64,000 nucleotides of DNA from NCBI GenBank assembly GCA_963422375.2, contig OY729427.2, positions 1,376,001 to 1,440,000 on the forward strand. Direction: 5' to 3'. The notes under the pieces were generated by a model, which was not told the origin of the DNA, did no database searches, and worked only from the letters and a program-made list of their open reading frames with translations. The first letter of the stretch is position 1, and every line of letters starts with the position of its first letter. The position numbers and the translations under genes are program-made. Shown here piece after piece: positions 28,961-39,303 of the stretch. This stretch comes from Bryobacterales bacterium. Lineage in GTDB: Bacteria > Acidobacteriota > Terriglobia > Bryobacterales > UBA6623.

Positions 28961-29978
28961 CGCCGGGAGCGCGGGTGCCGGGCCGCCTACCGATAGTATC
29001 AAGGCCCCGCGATCGGATTTCGGGCTCGGAGTCCGCGCAGCGCAAGCGAATCGCATCGGAAGCGCCGCGGGCGAGCGGCCCGCGGCGCTTCTCCGATGGG
29101 CACTTCGGCTGAAGCTTCGTTCCCCCGTACTAAGCTCTCGCGATGAGATTGCAGCGATTACTCTTCGCCGGACGGCTGGGTTCAGGCCGCGCGGACGGGG
29201 AATCCCGCGGTGGATCGCAGGCCAAGGGCAACGGCGAATCAATCCGCACTCGCGCAATCCGCGCTGGCGGCGGCGGATACGGACACGAGGGTTGGTCCCG
29301 TCCAGATCGAGAAACCACCGGTCCAATTCACGGCGAGATGCAGGACGGAGTCAGCCGACTTCAACCCACTTTCAGTCCGTACCTCCGTACCATTGGGGCG
29401 GTCATTGTGCGGCCGTGTTCGCGGTCCTTGATCCGCTAGCCGCGCTGGAATTCCCGTCCCGCATCGATCCGACAGGGAGAATTGCGCTGGTTACGAGCAT
29501 GTGGCTCTAGGGATCAAGCGAGCTCGCAGAGCGCCAGGCGACACCTTGCGACGCGCAGCAGCGCGGGAGCACTCCGCCCGAGGGTCCTGATGACCGGCGG
29601 CAATAGAACCCACAGAGACTTCGTCGAGCCTGGAGGCGCAGAAGCGAGCCGACCGGAGTCGCTACAGACGATAGGCGAGAAGATCGTCGCGCCGCGAGCG
29701 GCGGTCAGATCTGTCCGAGGCCCGATTGGCGTCGCGGGAGCAGCCGTCGCCCTGGTCGGTAGGTGATCTCGATTGCGCTGCTCCGGCCCTGGTCCCACGT
29801 GACTGCCGCATTCGGCGCCGTCAGCCTGCTGGCAGGACTCCTGACCTAGCCTGGATCGAAACTGATCGGCCGCCCGCGAGGAACGGGCCCGGCGGGAGGC
29901 GGCCAGCGACACTGCGACGAAACCAGAGCCGGTCCTCTTCGTCTCGGAGACGCACAGCCAAGACGTTGGGTGCTTGCA

Positions 29979-32960
29979 CTACGGGCGCCGGGCAATCCAG
30001 ATGGGGCTTGACCAAGCGAGCTCGCCGTCCTCCTGCTCGACCCTCACGTAGTACCAGTGGTCGCCCGGACCCGCTTCGACGTCGAGATACTCGAACTCCG
30101 CCTCCTGCGTGCCGGGCTCGATCTTGTAGACGTAGCTGGCGTCCCGGATGAGATGGACGGCCGCGATCCTGTCCGTGCCCCGCACGCGAGCCCGGATGCG
30201 CTGCGGCTCCGAGGCGACGGTCTCCTCCCCCATGAACGCGTCCCCCAAGCGGAAGTCCAGCACGATGTTGTCTGTCGCGCCGTAGGTCCGCCGCCTGCGG
30301 ATTCCGTCGTGGATCGCCTCGCGACTGGTATCGGGGGTGTACACCATCGCGTAGGAGATGTGCGTCGAGTAGTGGTCGGAGCTGGCGATCACGCCGATCT
30401 TGTAGCCCTTGCCCCAAGCGTTCCAGAACATGCCGGGCTGTTGGAACCCGCCCGCCGCGTCACCCTCCTCCCCGTCCCGGATGCCGCGCGGCGCGTTCTT
30501 GTGCTCGTAGCTCTGCCGGGCCCCTTGGTAGATCTCGGCCACGGTGTCGACCTGCGGGTCGTGGTCCCTCCAGTCCGTGCCCATGGAGCTCGTGCCGGAG
30601 GTGTGCGGGATGGCGAGACCGCCGGTCTTCCGCGCCACCTCGTACATCAGCTTCGTCTCGTTGCGCACTCCGCTGCCGAAGCCCATCGAGCTGAACGTCA
30701 GCAGCTCGCCGTCGGGGCTGTCGGGGAGAAGGAATCGCGGATGCATCGGAATGAAGAACGGCACGACGGGATAGTTGCGGTGCGTGTAGATCAAGTTGCG
30801 ATGGCCGTACGGGTTGCCCGGATTCCGCTCGTAGCCGTATAGCGTCGAGAATCTCTCCGGGAAGTGGTACATGTCCGCGAGCTTCTGCGTCATCGCGTTC
30901 CAGAAGTCCGTCCCGCCGGCCTGGTGGTCCGTGGAAGCGCCGAAATCCATCTCCGCCGCGTCGATCATGTAGCGGTAGAACTCCGGCAGAGACCCGTCGC
31001 TGATCCCGCCGACGTCCTGGGAGAGCTCGGTGTGGCGGTGGAGATCCCCACGCACGATGCGCAGCGACTCGCCGCCGTGCTCGGCGCGGTAGTTGCGGAT
31101 GAACCGCACGTCGTCCAGCTCGGTCGGGTGAGAATCGGGGCGCGACTGCGCCGGCTCGGGGCGGTAGGGCCTGAGCCGGGGAGCCGCTCCCGGGCCCGGC
31201 AGTTCCAGCGAGCCGGCCACGACGCGGTTCAGGCGCGGGCGGCTCGCGAAGCCCCACTGGCGGCTCTCGTCCGGCCAGAAGGCCCACAGGCGCCCGCCCG
31301 CCGACACCATGCCCATGCGCGTGCTCTTGCGGGCCCAACTCGACGGCAGCGTAACCGGATCCGTCCACCCCCGCCCGTCCAAGCGCGTCAGGAACGACTC
31401 CCAATACGACGTGGGCCGGTACGAATGGCGGCTATAGCGCCGCTTGAAAGACATCCACAGATTGCCGTCCGGATCGAACTGCAGCAGCGGTCGGCTCTCG
31501 CCGGTCGACCCGACTGCCTGCGGGTCGGCAAACTCGACGGCCGCCGGGGCCTTCCACTGGCCGCCGTCGAGGCACGCGACTTCGATGCGCCGCGGCCCCC
31601 CGAGCGAGGTGCCGGGCTGGCGCTCGCCCAGGCCGCGGCCCAAATCCTTGCCCCAGTGGACCCCGGACGTCTCCCACGCGACCCACGGGCGGCCTCGCCC
31701 GTCGACGGCCACGCTCGAGTGGGCCTCGAACCGCGCCGTCGCGGCGACAGCCGTCTCCTGGCCCAAGCCTCGCTCGGGCGAGAACGACCGAACGAAGACG
31801 TCGTAGCTCCCTCCGGAACCCTGCCTGTAGCGGTCCCACGAGATCCATGCCGAGCCGTCCGGCGCACCGCTCACCGCGGGCGACCAGTCGTTGGCGAGCG
31901 AGCTGGTGACCGAGACGGTCTCCGACCAGCGACCCTCGCGCAGGTACTTCAGGCGCACTTGCGAATAGCGCCCCGCCATCGACTGCCAGACCACGTAGAC
32001 GGTGCCGTCGCCGGACCGCGCCACGTGCGGCTCGACATCCGGCAGGGGATTGTCGGTGAGCCGGTGCTGCGGGCCCCACTCGTCGTCCTCCCAAGCCATC
32101 GCGTAGACGTCCCAGTTCCCCGGTCCGTCCGCTGACGGGCGCTGCGAGTAGATCAGCCAAGGCTTGTCGGACGCGTCGATCACGACTTGCGGGCGCCAGA
32201 GATCCTCGGCTGCCCGCCCGACAGGAATCAGACGCGACCAGCGGCCCTCGCGGTAGCGGCGGAAATTGAGCTCCTCGCGCCGGTCGTGGTAGCTGTACCA
32301 AGTCGCGAACAGGCTCCCCTCGGAATCCGCGGCGACCGCGGGCGAGTCGTGCTGACGCAGCTCCGTGCCGGACAGGTCGGTCCCGGGCGGCGTCCGCTGG
32401 ATGGCGACGCGCCCGCCCAAGGCCCGGGTCCAAGGGCCGAACTCGAGCGCCATCGGCTTGAAGCTGAAGTCACCCTGGGCCGTCGTCACCTCGACCGACG
32501 TCGCGGTGCTGCCGCTGCCGCGCACCCACATCCCCTTCGGCATCGGCTCCTCACTATATGCAGGCTCAGGCCCGGGCACGACGGTGGACCGAAGCATGAC
32601 GCGCACGTCCTGCGTCCGGAGCTTCCAGCCCCCCTGCGGGAGAATGCGGTCGGGAGGCTCCTGCCGGTGCGGATCGATGCCGAGAATCTCGCCTGCCCTC
32701 ACCGACAGGCTGCCGTCCCATGCCTCGCCCGCCGGGTCGTCGACGCCGAAGAGGATGAGCACCTGCCACATGTCGGCCTCGCGGGTCCCGCCCGGGTGCC
32801 ACGTGAAGTTGTCCAGGAATCCAGGCGTGGCTGCCGCCGTGGCACCCGACTGCACCTGCGCGGCCCGCTGTGCCGCTGACGGTGCGACCGCCAGCGTCCC
32901 GGCCAGCGCGGCCAAGACGGCCCGTCGCAACCCCGCTCGACAGGTTGGGCAACGCTGCAC
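29979..32960 (-). CDS. Large secreted protein: beta-propeller-like N-terminus plus DUF3604/PHP-like hydrolase domain
   Basis: Signal peptide; repeated P.VA.D..G...V.W blades; RGDLHRHTE, TDH, GYER, GHRN, IPHTS, EIYQG, SSDH; C-terminal YYVRVEQEDGELAWSSPIWI. Confidence 0.85.
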   Translation of the reverse strand: MQRCPTCRAGLRRAVLAALAGTLAVAPSAAQRAAQVQSGATAAATPGFLDNFTWHPGGTREADMWQVLILFGVDDPAGEAWDGSLSVRAGEILGIDPHRQEPPDRILPQGGWKLRTQDVRVMLRSTVVPGPEPAYSEEPMPKGMWVRGSGSTATSVEVTTAQGDFSFKPMALEFGPWTRALGGRVAIQRTPPGTDLSGTELRQHDSPAVAADSEGSLFATWYSYHDRREELNFRRYREGRWSRLIPVGRAAEDLWRPQVVIDASDKPWLIYSQRPSADGPGNWDVYAMAWEDDEWGPQHRLTDNPLPDVEPHVARSGDGTVYVVWQSMAGRYSQVRLKYLREGRWSETVSVTSSLANDWSPAVSGAPDGSAWISWDRYRQGSGGSYDVFVRSFSPERGLGQETAVAATARFEAHSSVAVDGRGRPWVAWETSGVHWGKDLGRGLGERQPGTSLGGPRRIEVACLDGGQWKAPAAVEFADPQAVGSTGESRPLLQFDPDGNLWMSFKRRYSRHSYRPTSYWESFLTRLDGRGWTDPVTLPSSWARKSTRMGMVSAGGRLWAFWPDESRQWGFASRPRLNRVVAGSLELPGPGAAPRLRPYRPEPAQSRPDSHPTELDDVRFIRNYRAEHGGESLRIVRGDLHRHTELSQDVGGISDGSLPEFYRYMIDAAEMDFGASTDHQAGGTDFWNAMTQKLADMYHFPERFSTLYGYERNPGNPYGHRNLIYTHRNYPVVPFFIPMHPRFLLPDSPDGELLTFSSMGFGSGVRNETKLMYEVARKTGGLAIPHTSGTSSMGTDWRDHDPQVDTVAEIYQGARQSYEHKNAPRGIRDGEEGDAAGGFQQPGMFWNAWGKGYKIGVIASSDHYSTHISYAMVYTPDTSREAIHDGIRRRRTYGATDNIVLDFRLGDAFMGEETVASEPQRIRARVRGTDRIAAVHLIRDASYVYKIEPGTQEAEFEYLDVEAGPGDHWYYVRVEQEDGELAWSSPIWIARRP

Positions 32961-33111
32961 GGCTGATCACCTCCGGGCCGGCGACCGACAGTTCCGCTCG
33001 CGCACCGGGAACCGGCCCGCCGGACGCGCCGATTGTACCCCGCCAGCGATGGGGCAAGCGCCCGGCCCCGAGCCGAACGGAAGGAGGCGGCGGCGCGAGG
33101 TGCGTCCCGGC

Positions 33112-34239
33112 CTACAGGCCGGTTTCCACCCAGGCCTTTCGGGCGGCCGACGTCTCGATGGCATCAAGCACCCGCTGGACAGCCGCACCGTCATCAAACG
33201 TGGGCCGAGCCGGCGTGCCCGAGTCAAGACCCTCGAGAAACGCCGCCAAGGAGCTGATGAAGGTGTGCTCGTATCCGATCGGATGTCCGGTCTTCCAGTA
33301 GTGCGGGTCGCCAGGCGGGCCGGGCGAGGGCGCGAGGACCTTGCGCCGACCGCGCAGGACGGGGTCCCCGCCGGCGTCGGCGTACTCCAGCCGATTCATG
33401 TCCTCGAAACGAAAAGCCACCATCCCGCGCTCGCCATGCACCGCGAAGCCGTTGTCGTTCTGGTAGCCCGTGGCGAAGCGCGTCGCCTCGAAGGTGCCCA
33501 GCGCCCCGCAGGCGAAGCGCGCCTGCACGAGCACGGCGTCGTCGATGTCGACGGCATACGTCCGGCCCGGACGGGTCGGATCTGGCTTCTCGGGAAGGAA
33601 CGTCTCGAGGGTCGCGCCCACCTCCCGGACCGGGCCAAGAAGCATCATGGCGGTGTCGAGCAGGTGGGAATTAAGGTCGCCGTTCACTCCCGACCCTGCG
33701 GTTCGCCTCGCCATCTTCCAGTTCCGCGGACGGCCGGGGTCGGGCCCCCATTGCTGGAGGTACTGCGCCCGGTAGTGGTAGATCCGCCCCAGGGCGCCCT
33801 CGGCCAGCAGGCGCGCGGCCAGCTCGACGGCCGGGACCCTGCGGTAGTTGAACCACACGAAGGTGGGCACGGCGGCGGTCGCCGCGGCCATCGCCCGGGC
33901 CTCCTCGAGAGTGCTGGCGAGCGGCTTCTCGCAGAGAACCATCTTGCCCGCCCGGGCCGCGGCGACCGCCATCTCGGCATGCAGGTAGTTCGGGGTGCAG
34001 ATGTCGACGAGGTCGATGTCGGGACGGTCGACCACCCGTCTCCAATCGGTCTCCGTCTCGTCCCATCCCCACGCCCGGGCCAAGGCGTCGAGCCCGGAGC
34101 GTCCGCGTCCGCAGACGACCTTGCGCCGTACTCCTCGGACATGCGGGAAGAAATGGCCCACTTGGGCGTAGGCGTTGCTGTGCGCCTTGCCCATGAAGCC
34201 GCAGCCGATCATGGCGACGTTGAGCGGTGCCCGAACCAC
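33112..34239 (-). CDS. Gfo/Idh/MocA-family oxidoreductase
   Basis: IGCGFMGKAH, DICTPN..H, CEKPLA, FNYRRVPA, GDLNSH. Confidence 0.95.
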   Translation of the reverse strand: MVRAPLNVAMIGCGFMGKAHSNAYAQVGHFFPHVRGVRRKVVCGRGRSGLDALARAWGWDETETDWRRVVDRPDIDLVDICTPNYLHAEMAVAAARAGKMVLCEKPLASTLEEARAMAAATAAVPTFVWFNYRRVPAVELAARLLAEGALGRIYHYRAQYLQQWGPDPGRPRNWKMARRTAGSGVNGDLNSHLLDTAMMLLGPVREVGATLETFLPEKPDPTRPGRTYAVDIDDAVLVQARFACGALGTFEATRFATGYQNDNGFAVHGERGMVAFRFEDMNRLEYADAGGDPVLRGRRKVLAPSPGPPGDPHYWKTGHPIGYEHTFISSLAAFLEGLDSGTPARPTFDDGAAVQRVLDAIETSAARKAWVETGL

Positions 34240-34325
34240 GCCAGCAGCCTATCATCCGCAGCGATCGGATCGGTCCGCTCCGCAAGGAGCGCTAGGCGCG
34301 ATCGCGTGCAGGAAGTTCTCGCGGT

Positions 34326-35807
34326 TCACGCGGGCGGCAGCGACGCGAGCCTGCCGGCCGCATCCTCCCAGTCGGCCACCGTGGCGGGATTCGGCTCGTA
34401 ACGCGCCAGCCCGAACGAATTGCGGACGACCTCCCGACCTTGCGCCAGGTCCCCGATCCGACCGGAGGCGATGGCCTGCATCAGGCAGTTCCCGGCAGCC
34501 GTCGCTTCGACCGGGCCGGCAACCACGGGAATGCCGCAGGCGTCCGCGGCGAACTGGCACAGCAACCCGTTGCGGGACCCGCCGCCCACCACGTGCAGCA
34601 CGCGGGGCCTCCGGCCCGTGATCTGGGCCAGGTCAGCCAGCACGCTGCGATAGCGGAGCGCCAAGCTCTCGAAGATGGCCCGCGCGAACCGGCCGGTCGA
34701 ATCGGGGGCAGGCTGGCCGCTCTCCCGGCACGCCGCGGCGATGCGGCCGGGCATGTCGCCGGGAGCGGCGAAATTCGGGGCGTCCACGTGGACTAGAGAC
34801 CGGAAGGGCTCGGCCGAGGCCGCCTCGGCCGTGATCCGCGGGTACTCGACGGCGATACCGCGCCGCGACCATTCCCGGCGGCACTCCTCGAGCAACCAAA
34901 GGCCGCAGATGTTCTTAAGCAGGCGCGTCGTGCGACAGACGCCCCCCTCGTTGGTGAAGTTCCTTGCCAAGACGGCGGGCGTGACATGCGGGCGGTCGGA
35001 CTCCACGCCCAGCAGCGACCACGTTCCCGAGCTCAGGTAGGCCCAGTCGCCCCCGTCGGCCGGGACGGCCGCCACGGCCGATGCGGTGTCGTGAGTGCCG
35101 GGTGCGACCACTCGCATCGGCGGGACCCCGCACTGCCCGGCCAGCGAGGGTCGCAGGCCGCCCAGATCGGTGCCCGGATCGACGACTTCGCCGAAGATGC
35201 GCGTCGGCAGGCCGAGGTCTTCCAGCAAGTCGAAGGCCCATGCCCGGCGCCGCGGGTCGTAGCACTGCGATGTAGTCGCGTCGGTGAACTCGCAGGCCCG
35301 CTCGCCGGTGAACCAGTAGTGGAACAGGTCGGGCATCATCAGGATCGTGCCCGCGGCTTCCAGCGCCGGCGAGCCCTTCATCGAGAACAGCTGGAAGAGC
35401 GAATTCAGCTCCATGAACTGCAAGCCGGTGGCCTCGAAGATCCGCTCGCGCGGCACCGCGCTGAACACCTCTTGCATGGTGCCCTGCGTCCGGCTGTCGC
35501 GGTAGTGGTAGGGATTGCGGAGCAGCTCCCCGTCGCGGTCCAGCAAGGCGAAGTCCACGCCCCACGTGTCGGCCCCGAGCGAGACGGGCCGGAAGGCCGC
35601 GACCGCGCCCAAGCCCGCTTGGATTTCGCGGAACAGGCCCAGCACGTCCCAGTGCAGGCGGCCGAGCACGTCGATTGCCGGGTTCGCGAAGCGGTGCAGT
35701 TCCTTGATGGCGAGTCGCTGGCCGTCGAAGGCACCCAGCATGACGCGTCCGCTGCTCGCTCCCAGATCAATTGCAACGTAATGCTCGGACTTCACGGGAA
35801 CGCTCAC
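34326..35807 (-). CDS. rhaB: Rhamnulokinase (FGGY carbohydrate kinase)
   Basis: DLGASSGR, DTWGVDF, YRDSRT, HDTASAV, SSGTWSL, TNEGG, GGGSRN, GPVEAT. Confidence 0.9.
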   Translation of the reverse strand: MSVPVKSEHYVAIDLGASSGRVMLGAFDGQRLAIKELHRFANPAIDVLGRLHWDVLGLFREIQAGLGAVAAFRPVSLGADTWGVDFALLDRDGELLRNPYHYRDSRTQGTMQEVFSAVPRERIFEATGLQFMELNSLFQLFSMKGSPALEAAGTILMMPDLFHYWFTGERACEFTDATTSQCYDPRRRAWAFDLLEDLGLPTRIFGEVVDPGTDLGGLRPSLAGQCGVPPMRVVAPGTHDTASAVAAVPADGGDWAYLSSGTWSLLGVESDRPHVTPAVLARNFTNEGGVCRTTRLLKNICGLWLLEECRREWSRRGIAVEYPRITAEAASAEPFRSLVHVDAPNFAAPGDMPGRIAAACRESGQPAPDSTGRFARAIFESLALRYRSVLADLAQITGRRPRVLHVVGGGSRNGLLCQFAADACGIPVVAGPVEATAAGNCLMQAIASGRIGDLAQGREVVRNSFGLARYEPNPATVADWEDAAGRLASLPPA

Positions 35808-35919
35808 GGCAGCGGTCGATTTTCGCGCAAGGGAGCGCCGCCGGGCAAGCCGCAGCCGTCGACTCCCGGCCTCGTCGGTCCGGGCGAGCGCGAGCGGGTC
35901 GGCCCACTACGCTGGAGCC

Positions 35920-36828
35920 ATGACTCCTGTTCCGTGGAAGGTCTCGCTGCACGGCGGCCATTCGGGCGAGTTCTGCGAGCACGCCAAGGGCACCCTCCGC
36001 GAGACGCTGGAGGCGGCCGTCGCGGCCGGCTTCGGCACCTACGGCATCTCGGAACACGCGCCGCGCTCCGAGCCGCGCTTCCTGTACGAATCCGAGCGCG
36101 CGAAGGGCTACACCGTCGAGCGCCTCGAGCGCGAGTTTGACGACTACGCGGCAGCCTCGCGGCTGCTGCAGGCCGAGTTCGGAGACCGCTTGGCCGTGCT
36201 GCGCGGTTTCGAGGCCGAGGTCGTGCCCGTGGGCCGCTACGGAGACCTGATGCGCGACCTGCGCGCGCGACACGGGTTCGACTACGTAGTCGGGTCGGTC
36301 CACCACGTCGCGGAACTGTCGATCGACGAGTCGCCGGGCATGTACAGCGCGGCCGTCGAGGCCTGCGGCGGGCTCGAGGCCCTCTTGGTGCGCTACTACG
36401 GCCTGGTGCGGGAGATGGTCGAGGATATCCGCCCCGAGGTAGTGGCCCACCTTGACCTGCCCAGGCTGTTCGCGCCGGCCGGAGCCGAACTCTCGACGAG
36501 ACGGATCCGCGAAGCGGCGGAGAGCGCGATCGAGGCCGCCCGGGCTGGCGGGTGCATTCTGGACCTGAACACCGCGGCTTGGCGCAAGGGCCTGCCCGAG
36601 CCCTACCCGGCAGCGTGGCTCGTGCGAATGGCTGCCGAGGCGGGCGTGCCGTTCTGCTTCGGGGATGACAGCCACGATGCCTCTCAGGTGGGCTCTGGGA
36701 TCCTGCGGGCCCGCGAGTACCTGCTCCGGAACGGCGTCAGTACGGTTGCGTGTCCCGTTGCGTGTCCCGAGGTTCCCGGGGACGGGCCTCCCCATCGCGA
36801 AATCGGCCTTGCGCCCGAGCCACTGTAG
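35920..36828 (+). CDS. PHP-family histidinol-phosphatase (HisJ/HisK type)
   Basis: SLHGGHS..FC.HA, SEHAP, GFEAE, DYVVGSVHH, AHLDL, DLNT, GDDSH. Confidence 0.88.
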   Translation: MTPVPWKVSLHGGHSGEFCEHAKGTLRETLEAAVAAGFGTYGISEHAPRSEPRFLYESERAKGYTVERLEREFDDYAAASRLLQAEFGDRLAVLRGFEAEVVPVGRYGDLMRDLRARHGFDYVVGSVHHVAELSIDESPGMYSAAVEACGGLEALLVRYYGLVREMVEDIRPEVVAHLDLPRLFAPAGAELSTRRIREAAESAIEAARAGGCILDLNTAAWRKGLPEPYPAAWLVRMAAEAGVPFCFGDDSHDASQVGSGILRAREYLLRNGVSTVACPVACPEVPGDGPPHREIGLAPEPL

Positions 36829-37330
36829 CTACAGGCTGCGCTGACCCGTCCGGGGCGACCGGCCGACGAAGCGGTGGCGCGGGGCGGGCTTGAAACGGCG
36901 CCTCCATCAAGGGCTGCCCGTGTGGGTCGGTTGCGCATGCGGCTCGGGTCTCGTCGGCCACGGCGACACATCCTGCATCCGGTGAGCCGCGTCTAGCAGC
37001 TGAGCCGGTTCTCTTGTTCCGAATACACACCGAACATTCTCCGTAAACCTGTGCCTAATCACCTCCCGCCATCCTAGCCAAGCCGCGTCGAACGGGTCGC
37101 GACGCGCGACCCTGCGCTTTCCATGGGAGCTGCCTGTTCCGACCGGCATCGCGGGTGGCCGGCCCGCGCGCCACCCGCGGGAAGCGGCGGTCATGCCACC
37201 GAGCCCAGCCCGCCTCGGACGCGCGCAGGTAGTACAATTGGAGGCGAGCCGGGGCGCTCCGCCCCGGCACCGCGGGGAACGTCCCGCGCGGCCGCTCTCC
37301 CGGCGGGGACGGCCCCTATCAACCCGTGCC

Positions 37331-39274
37331 ATGCTGAAGCTGTTTCAAAACCAAGGCAAGACCTTGCGATGGGTCATGGGCGGCCTGCTCTTTCTCGTGG
37401 CGGCCTCGATGGTCATCACGCTCATCCCGAACGTGTTCGGTCCGGCCGGCCCCGCGAACGCCGACATTCTCGCGGAAGTCGACGGTATTCCCGTCACGAT
37501 GCGCGACGTGGAGGTCGAGCTGCGCCAGCAGAGGGCCGCAGGCGTGCCGCCCGAGGCCATCTCAATGATGGCGGGCACCGCCATAGAGAACCTGATCGCG
37601 GAGCGCGTACTGATTTCCGAGGCCGCGGCCCTCGACCTCGTGCCCACGGAGGAGGATCTGGCCGGCTGGCTGCGCGAGTTCCTCCCCGACGTGCTCTTCC
37701 CCGACGGGAAGTTCATCGGCGCCCGCGCCTACGAGGGCTTCGTCCGCCAGCAGTTCCGCCGAACCGTCGCCGAATTCGAGCGCGAGGTGCTCTACAACAT
37801 CGCGATCGACCTGCGCCTCAGGCGCATGGTGACCGACAGCCTGGCGGTCGGCGAAGACGAGGTCAAGCGCCGCTTCCACCGCGAGAGCGACATGGCTCGC
37901 ATCCAATGGGTCGCGGTCGACTCGGACAGCATGAGGGGCGAGGTGTCCCCGACGCCGGAGCAGCTAAGAGAGTACTTCGACTCCAACAAGCTGAGGTATC
38001 GCCGTCCGGAGCGGCGCTCGCTCAAGCTGATGACCGTCGGACCGGACGCGGCGGCCGGCGAGCACGAGATCACCGAGACCGAGATCGAGCTGTACTACAA
38101 CCAAAACCAGTACCGCTTCGAGCAGCCCGAGCGGGTCCGCGTGCGGCACATCCTTTTCATGACCTTGGACAAGTCCGACGAGGAAGCCGAAGACGCGCGC
38201 CAGAAGGCCGCGCAGGTGCTGGCCGAGCTGCGCGAGGGCGCCGACTTCGCGGAACTGGCCAAGGAGCATTCCGAGGATCCCGGCAACGCCGACAACGGCG
38301 GCGACCTCGGCTGGGTCAGCCGCGGCATGATGGATCCGGCCTTCGAAGAGGCCAGCTTCACCCTCGGCGCGGGCGAGGTTTCCGCCGATCCCGTCAAGTC
38401 CCAGTTCGGCTACCACCTCATCCGCCTCGACGAGCGGGAGAGCGGCAGCGTGAAGCCGCTCAGCGAGGTGCGCGACGTGATCCGGGGCGACCTGCAGGCG
38501 GAACGGAGCCAGAACGACCGCTACGCCCTCATGGAGAGCGCCATGGAAGCGGCCCGGCAGGCGGGCACGGCCCTCGAGACCGCGGCGGCGCCTCTCGGCC
38601 TGCCGTACCAAGAGCTTCCCGCGTTCGGCCGCTCCCAGCTGCCCGCCTCGCTGCCGAAGGCAGCGGCGCTCGTGCGGGCGGTCTTCGAGCAACCTGCCGG
38701 GGAGGTCTTCTCCGTCGCCCAGGAGGAAACGCTCTACATCGGCATCGTGCCCGAGGTGATTCCCGCCCGCGACGCCTCATACGAAGAGGTCGCGAGCACC
38801 GTGAGGGGGGACTTCGTGGACACCGAGTCCGCCAACCTCGCCCGCCTGCGCGCCGAGGCACTCGCGCAGCAGGTCCGGGACGGCAAGCACGACCTCGCCG
38901 CCGCGGCTCGCGCCGCCGGCCTGCAGGCCCAGGATGGCGAGCCTGTCCGGCGCGACGGCGACCTCGGCGACCTCGGCCCCGTAAGCGCGCTGGGCGAGGA
39001 GGCTTTCGCCGAGGCAAGCGGCGAACTGCAGGGACCCGTGGCGGTGGGAAACCGCTGGATCGCGTTCCGGACGCTGGAACTGCTCCCCGCGGACGAGTCC
39101 GCGCTGGCGACGGAGGGCGAGGCCTTGCGCGAGTCGCTGCTGGCCGAGAAGCGCGACCGGATCTTCGACTACTACCGGCAGCAGAAGGTCCGGGAATACG
39201 CCGAGAGCGGCCTGCTCGTGCGCTACGGCGAGAGCATCCAGGCCTACCTGCGGTCGATGCAAAGCGCGACCTAG
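37331..39274 (+). CDS. ppiD: Periplasmic chaperone/peptidyl-prolyl isomerase (PpiD-like; SurA_N plus rotamase)
   Basis: N-terminal TM anchor; VRHIL, FAELAKEHSED, GGDLGW, VKSQFGYHLI. Confidence 0.88.
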   Translation: MLKLFQNQGKTLRWVMGGLLFLVAASMVITLIPNVFGPAGPANADILAEVDGIPVTMRDVEVELRQQRAAGVPPEAISMMAGTAIENLIAERVLISEAAALDLVPTEEDLAGWLREFLPDVLFPDGKFIGARAYEGFVRQQFRRTVAEFEREVLYNIAIDLRLRRMVTDSLAVGEDEVKRRFHRESDMARIQWVAVDSDSMRGEVSPTPEQLREYFDSNKLRYRRPERRSLKLMTVGPDAAAGEHEITETEIELYYNQNQYRFEQPERVRVRHILFMTLDKSDEEAEDARQKAAQVLAELREGADFAELAKEHSEDPGNADNGGDLGWVSRGMMDPAFEEASFTLGAGEVSADPVKSQFGYHLIRLDERESGSVKPLSEVRDVIRGDLQAERSQNDRYALMESAMEAARQAGTALETAAAPLGLPYQELPAFGRSQLPASLPKAAALVRAVFEQPAGEVFSVAQEETLYIGIVPEVIPARDASYEEVASTVRGDFVDTESANLARLRAEALAQQVRDGKHDLAAAARAAGLQAQDGEPVRRDGDLGDLGPVSALGEEAFAEASGELQGPVAVGNRWIAFRTLELLPADESALATEGEALRESLLAEKRDRIFDYYRQQKVREYAESGLLVRYGESIQAYLRSMQSAT

Positions 39275-39303
39275 CAGACCGGCCAAGGCGAGAGTTCCGA
39301 ACC

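Noticed and set aside
28961..29400. FMN riboswitch upstream of the rib genes
   Set aside because: The conserved RFN sequence blocks were not recognisable, and ftsY lies between this region and ribD.
37123..39303. 1156-aa ORF 37123..40593 as one giant protein
   Set aside because: Its first ~727 codons are an Arg/Gly/Pro-rich shadow frame over the ppiD-like gene; only the part from 39304 looks like a real protein.
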